Source: Candidatus Obscuribacterales bacterium
Lineage (GTDB): Bacteria; Cyanobacteriota; Vampirovibrionia; Obscuribacterales; Obscuribacteraceae
Assembly (NCBI GenBank): GCA_965228855.1
Contig: CBDDIJ010000003.1
Coordinates: 608,001 to 672,000 of the forward strand
DNA: 64,000 bases
Direction: 5' to 3'
Made by a program: the position numbers and the translations under genes. Below, piece after piece: positions 59,584-64,000 of the stretch; the first letter of the stretch is position 1; every line of letters starts with the position of its first letter. Below the pieces are notes generated by a model that was not told the DNA's origin, searched no databases, and saw only the letters and a list, made by a program, of their open reading frames with translations.

Positions 59584-60924
59584 TTAAGTAATCCTTAGCG
59601 AGACCATGTGGGTCGCGCATGTGTTGCAAGGGTCGTATGCGCGAACAAGAGTCTCCAGATTTGCACGAAGATTGGTTGCAATTTCATCTGATTCTGACGG
59701 CAGTAATTGCGAAACCACTTCTTGAATGTCACGTTCTATTCTGTACGTGTTTTGTGCTGAGGGTGTGACCATATCAGCTTTCGACACTTTACCATTATCG
59801 TCAATCTCGTAGTAATGGTAAAGTGTTCCCCTTGGGCACTCGACTGTTCCACAGCCACTACCAGCAGTGGCGTCAAGTTTTACGCGTGTATGTTGGCGAG
59901 CGTCAAAGGTGTTCCAGACATCCGCAGTTCTTTCCAGTTCAGCTACGATACTGACGGCACGGTGAAACGCTTCCACAATTTCAATCGCCTGCGCCAAGTT
60001 ATTCCAGATCGTATTGTTATCGCCTTTTGACATGGCACTGGAGCCGTAGATACTCTTCGCCTCACCGGTCAGGAGGCTTCCAAAGAGAGCCAACCTCGCC
60101 ATTGATCCAACCATTATCGGTTGACCGTTGACGGATGATCGTTTCGCGTGACTATGCGACACCGCTTCTTCTTTAAGGTAGCTTTTGTACTCGTTGACGT
60201 CGCATTCGAAACCGCTGGTTGCGCGGATTTTTGTACCAAAGTATCCGTAGTGATCACTTTCGGGAATTAGAGCGAAAAAAATCGGTTCACTGGTTCTCCT
60301 TACACTGGGAGGGAACCGCATTAAAACCTCGCAGGTTCGAATTGTCAATTGCAGATTTTCCTGAAGGAGTGATTTGATCTGCAGAAGACTTTCGAGTTGC
60401 GGAAAGCTTGAGAAACCGCCGACATGCAAGTTTACGGGATGGAACGGGCGTCCTCCTATAGTGGTTTGAATTAAGGCTCCGATGTTCCGCAAGGAGGTCC
60501 ATGCTTTAAATTCTTCCGTATGTTCCGAAGCAAACTTATGGACGTTATCGAAACCAAGGAAATCGGGCAATGCAAGTGCATAGATGTGCGTAGCGTTCGA
60601 CTCAATGATCATACCGAGGTGCATTAACTCTCTAAGGAGAGAAACTGTTGCGCTCGGCGTAAAGCCTGCAATTCGCTCAACCGCTCTGATGGCGGCTATA
60701 ACGTGTCCGGTGGAGCAAATTGCACAGACCCTGGAAGTTATGTGCGGAATCTCGTCTTGATGATGCCCCACAATCAGTCGTTCGAAAAACCTTGTTCCTT
60801 CAAATACATCAAGTTTTACTTGAGTGACTTTGTCGCCTTCAATTTCGACATGCACTGCTGAGTGCCCTTCCACTCGGCATATCTCCGAAATCTCGATCTT
60901 TTTCCTGGATTCTTCGTCTGCCAT
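59584..60924 (-). CDS. hydA: Group 3b [NiFe] hydrogenase large (alpha) subunit
   Basis: RVEGH, L1 SRVCAIC, ECPRG.LYH, L2 DPCNTCATH plus 7-aa cleavable tail; beta-gamma-delta-alpha gene order. Confidence 0.9.
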   Translation of the reverse strand: MADEESRKKIEISEICRVEGHSAVHVEIEGDKVTQVKLDVFEGTRFFERLIVGHHQDEIPHITSRVCAICSTGHVIAAIRAVERIAGFTPSATVSLLRELMHLGMIIESNATHIYALALPDFLGFDNVHKFASEHTEEFKAWTSLRNIGALIQTTIGGRPFHPVNLHVGGFSSFPQLESLLQIKSLLQENLQLTIRTCEVLMRFPPSVRRTSEPIFFALIPESDHYGYFGTKIRATSGFECDVNEYKSYLKEEAVSHSHAKRSSVNGQPIMVGSMARLALFGSLLTGEAKSIYGSSAMSKGDNNTIWNNLAQAIEIVEAFHRAVSIVAELERTADVWNTFDARQHTRVKLDATAGSGCGTVECPRGTLYHYYEIDDNGKVSKADMVTPSAQNTYRIERDIQEVVSQLLPSESDEIATNLRANLETLVRAYDPCNTCATHMVSLRIT

Positions 60925-60930
60925 CGTTCC

Positions 60931-61740
60931 CTAGCTCTTTGCCGTGAGGTTCTTCTTTACTCTCTCAAACAGTTCGTCTGGTGCTCCGAAAGCGAACAAG
61001 CGGGACATAACTTCTTGCATGTCGAAGCCCTTCTCTTCCAAAATTGTAGCCATCGCCTCCATCTGCGGTTGCTCGCAAGGTCCCCAACACCCGTAGCATG
61101 CTGCACCATATGTGGGGCAAAGTGCACCACAACCGCCAGCGGTGACCGGACCGAGACAAGGGAGATTTTGCTCTATAAGAACGCATGCGTTTTCCCTGAG
61201 TTTGCATTCGAGGCAGACTGGTTTGCTGGTGATGTACGGTAGATGGTCTCTCAGCAAGCTAGCAGTCACAGCAAGGAGCTGAGTGGCATTGATCGGACAC
61301 CCCGACAGTTTTACATCAACTCTAACATGGTCCTGTAGTGGCGTTGCGGGGAGGCATTCAATCGGTGAATCTTCGCCATAGGTTTCGTGTAGGAGTGAAA
61401 CTGTACTCTGGTTCCGGCATCCTCCTTTTTGAACACACCCCCAAACTGCGCAGTTTCCAACTGCGACAAGCCAGCGCGCTTGCGCTCTGATTTTTAGAAG
61501 GCGCTCCAGATCGTGTGGTTGACTAACGCTTCCTTCTACAAAAGCGATATCCACGGGGCGATCGTCGTCGTTTGCACTTTGCGCAAATGGGAAACTGGCA
61601 ACGCGAACGTACGGAATTAGCTGCTCCAGGTTCTCCAGAATGACGAGCAATTCGCCTGCGCAACCGGTTAAACCGTGAACGGCGATTGATGGAATGGTCT
61701 GGGATCTTTCCTGCCCTTTGCTCATGTTTGAATTTAGCAT
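60931..61740 (-). CDS. hydD: Group 3b hydrogenase small (delta) subunit
   Basis: VEGSV, GNCA, GCP, VCLECK...C..CLGP...GC.A.CP....C.GC.G; first motif is CAGE. Confidence 0.88.
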   Translation of the reverse strand: MLNSNMSKGQERSQTIPSIAVHGLTGCAGELLVILENLEQLIPYVRVASFPFAQSANDDDRPVDIAFVEGSVSQPHDLERLLKIRAQARWLVAVGNCAVWGCVQKGGCRNQSTVSLLHETYGEDSPIECLPATPLQDHVRVDVKLSGCPINATQLLAVTASLLRDHLPYITSKPVCLECKLRENACVLIEQNLPCLGPVTAGGCGALCPTYGAACYGCWGPCEQPQMEAMATILEEKGFDMQEVMSRLFAFGAPDELFERVKKNLTAKS

Positions 61741-62585
61741 TCAATAACTTCCGGTAAGAAACGAAGAGTGTCCATGCGAAACACTGGACCGTCTCGACAA
61801 GTAAACGTGCCGCCTACGAAGCAATGTCCGCATTTGCCAACTGCACACTTCATGTGCCGCTCGATAGAAAGCCAGATTTGCGAAGGGGAGAGACCTTTTT
61901 GTTTAAGTTCCTCGACAACAAACTTGTACATCACCGGCGGGCCACAGATTGCCGCAACAAAACCAGGGTCGATTTCAGCTTGTTTGATCATGTCTGTGAC
62001 GCGTCCGAGCTGCCATGAAACAGTTGGGAGGTCGGGACCGATTACCTCTTCAGCTGCGATATAAACTCTCATGTCCGAACGGCGCAGCAGAAGCTTAAGC
62101 TCCTGTCGGAAAAGCAATTGCTGAGAATGGCGCATTCCATATATCAATACAATCTTTCCAAAATCTTCTCTGCGGTCGAGAAGGTATTGCCAGAGTGAGC
62201 GAATTGGTGCAATTCCTAAACCGCCTGCAATTAGCACTATATCTTTGCCGAGGTAGTCATCGATCGGAAAGCCGATTCCGTAGGGTCCCCTCAACCCGAC
62301 CCAGTCGCCCTCCGTTAAATTGAAAAGAGCGCCTGTAACCCTGCCGGCCTTGCGAACGCAAAGTTCGAGGGTTCCGTCTGTTCTACCTGAACAAACCGAA
62401 ATCGGTGATTCACCTACACCCGGAAGCCATAGCTGGACAAACTGTCCCGGCATACATGAGGAAAACTCCCCAGGTTTGTCAAGTAAGAACTCGAACAGAT
62501 AGTTGTCCTGAGACATAGGCGTGATCGAGCGTAATTTCGCTTGAGTAGGAAGAAACGGAGATTGGCACGGAGTATGGTTATGCAT
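61734..62585 (-). CDS. hydG: Group 3b hydrogenase gamma subunit (FAD/NAD(P)-binding, 2Fe-2S)
   Basis: PGQF, GESPIS, RGPYG.GF, AGGLGIAP, CGPPVM, ER.MKC.VGKCGHC...C.DGPVF; ATG 62585 overlaps the beta stop. Confidence 0.9.
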   Translation of the reverse strand: MHNHTPCQSPFLPTQAKLRSITPMSQDNYLFEFLLDKPGEFSSCMPGQFVQLWLPGVGESPISVCSGRTDGTLELCVRKAGRVTGALFNLTEGDWVGLRGPYGIGFPIDDYLGKDIVLIAGGLGIAPIRSLWQYLLDRREDFGKIVLIYGMRHSQQLLFRQELKLLLRRSDMRVYIAAEEVIGPDLPTVSWQLGRVTDMIKQAEIDPGFVAAICGPPVMYKFVVEELKQKGLSPSQIWLSIERHMKCAVGKCGHCFVGGTFTCRDGPVFRMDTLRFLPEVIEC

Positions 62586-63723
62586 GTTTATCACCATCTG
62601 CGGTATCGCACTGGCAGTCACCGCAGCTAGTACCGCAGCTAGTACCGCAGCTAGTACCGCAGCCTCCGGTTTGAGTCTTCTTCTTATCAGTTACCAATAT
62701 TGACGGTTTTCCTTGTAAGCGCAAGACTACATTCACAATATCGTCGATTCCTGCAGGACAAGATTCCGTGCACCTTCCGCATCCGACGCAGGTCGGCAGT
62801 CCATGCGGGTCCTCGAATCCATGCAGCTTGTGTCGATACCAGAATTTCAATCTGTCGACCGGTCCCGGCCGAAAGTTGGTATCACCGGCTACTTTAGCAA
62901 AACCGACAAACTGACAGCTGTCCCATTCTCGAACACGTTCGCCTCTATTTGCGTGAAGGCTCGCGACATCAACCATGTCGAAGCAATAGCAAGTTGGACA
63001 AACGGGAGTGCAATTACCACAACTCAAGCAGCGATTTCCTAAGTCATCCCATACCTGACTGTTCCACTCCATATCCATGATTGCCGGCAAATTTTCGGAT
63101 TCGAAGTGCGAACTAAAGGCTTTATCGCGCGTTGTCCAAAAGTCTTTGAAAGTTTGATCTTCTTGCGCTTCGGGGCGGGAGAAAAAGTCCGGCATAGATT
63201 CAATCAGGTTTAAACCATTCGCTGAATGTATTTGAACGAAATATTTGTCACCAATATCGGTTAAGAAAAGATCGTAGTCCGACGTCGGAGAATCGGTGCC
63301 CATGGATTTGCAGAAGCAGTGTTTGTCGGGCATACAAGAAAGACCTACCAACATGGTCGCCTGGCGTCTGGCGATGTAATGCGGGTCTGGCGGTGATGCG
63401 GTGTAGACTTTGTCCATTATCCCCAGACCTGCCAGATCGCAAGGATGAACTCCGAAGATGACTTGCTGTTGTGTCTCCGGTTTTACCTCGTGTATGCCAT
63501 TCTCATCATATGAGAGAATCGGCTCATGCTGCTGGAAGAAGAACTTCTTCGGTGGCAGAATTGTTCTCAGTGCTTCGAAAGCAATCTGAGAGGGTGATTC
63601 GATCGATTTAAACGAGAACGACTTTTCTGATACACGAACGGGCGCAAAAACCTTTCCAAAGCTTTTTAACAAACAAAAGAACTGTTCAAATTGCTCTTTT
63701 TTGAAAGTAGCGGTCCGTTCCAT
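62578..63723 (-). CDS. hydB: Group 3b hydrogenase beta subunit (4Fe-4S dicluster, AsrA-like)
   Basis: PPKKFF, GVHPCD, CFC, CLSCGNC..VCPTCYC, WDSC, CVGCGRC...CP. Confidence 0.9.
   Translation of the reverse strand: MERTATFKKEQFEQFFCLLKSFGKVFAPVRVSEKSFSFKSIESPSQIAFEALRTILPPKKFFFQQHEPILSYDENGIHEVKPETQQQVIFGVHPCDLAGLGIMDKVYTASPPDPHYIARRQATMLVGLSCMPDKHCFCKSMGTDSPTSDYDLFLTDIGDKYFVQIHSANGLNLIESMPDFFSRPEAQEDQTFKDFWTTRDKAFSSHFESENLPAIMDMEWNSQVWDDLGNRCLSCGNCTPVCPTCYCFDMVDVASLHANRGERVREWDSCQFVGFAKVAGDTNFRPGPVDRLKFWYRHKLHGFEDPHGLPTCVGCGRCTESCPAGIDDIVNVVLRLQGKPSILVTDKKKTQTGGCGTSCGTSCGTSCGDCQCDTADGDKHA
62620..62663 (-). repeat. 12-bp tandem repeat (ACCGCAGCTAGT x3.7) encoding CGTS units
   Basis: Directly visible; in frame in the beta subunit C-terminus. 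Confidence 0.9.
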
Positions 63724-63730
63724 CTTAACC

Positions 63731-64000
63731 TCAGTGGCTGTGAGAATGTGCCGTTGCTTCTGCTGCCTTTAAACTCATGGCGCATTTGTCGTTAAGCCAC
63801 GAGCAAAATCCTTCGATACCTTCACCAGATTTCGCACTTACTTTGAATAGTTCAGCTTTGCTGTTTAAACTTGAAATTGCTTTATGTAGGCGATCGAAAT
63901 CAAAATCCACCAGTTCCGCTAAATCCATTTTTGTTATCACAACCGCGTCGCAGTTGCGAAAAATGACCGGATATTTCAGTGGTTTGTCATCGCCCTCGGT
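63731..64000 (-). CDS. hypB: Nickel GTPase HypB, 5'-partial
   Basis: Manual translation from the window end: TEGDDKPLKYPVIF...VVITKMDL...VSAKSGEG. Confidence 0.92.
   Translation of the reverse strand, partial: TEGDDKPLKYPVIFRNCDAVVITKMDLAELVDFDFDRLHKAISSLNSKAELFKVSAKSGEGIEGFCSWLNDKCAMSLKAAEATAHSHSH

Noticed and set aside
59584..59645. Selenocysteine [NiFeSe] hydrogenase
   Set aside because: L2 motif is DPCNTC with ordinary Cys codons and no in-frame TGA
61734..63723. Anaerobic sulfite reductase AsrAB
   Set aside because: Homologous, but followed by NiFe small and large subunits with no asrC, so hydrogenase beta and gamma subunits

Overview
Bacterial chromosomal window of about 50% GC. I saw no rRNA, tRNA, CRISPR array, integrase or transposase. 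The gene content tentatively suggests a non-photosynthetic cyanobacterial relative (Vampirovibrionia/Obscuribacterales-like); this is inference only. The left part (1-25.6 kb) is mixed: RidA, two tandem paralog pairs (TPR-DUF1266 and TPR-WG-repeat), a class III aminotransferase, a REC-PAS-kinase/receiver pair, a RelBE-type toxin-antitoxin module, argR-argC-argJ-argB with tandem ARG boxes, and a SWIM-SNF2 helicase. The right part (26.1 kb to beyond the window end) looks like one low-oxygen/fermentation island. It holds a group 3b [NiFe] hydrogenase with hypABCDEF split into two blocks, five universal stress proteins, hcp, ppsA, gpmA, a CoA transferase, FtsH, an atypical P-type ATPase, three c-type cytochromes, a stand-alone HdrA N-terminal-like protein, arsC/acr3 behind a decayed arsR, and a globin-coupled histidine kinase divergent from a NarL-family regulator. 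The main signal not explained by the genes is a 20-bp palindrome, AATCATCC-N4-GGATGATT, recurring about 10 times in intergenic DNA across this island. I did not see it in intergenic DNA of the left part. It is a candidate operator for an undescribed globin-sensed, DosR-like hypoxia regulon.
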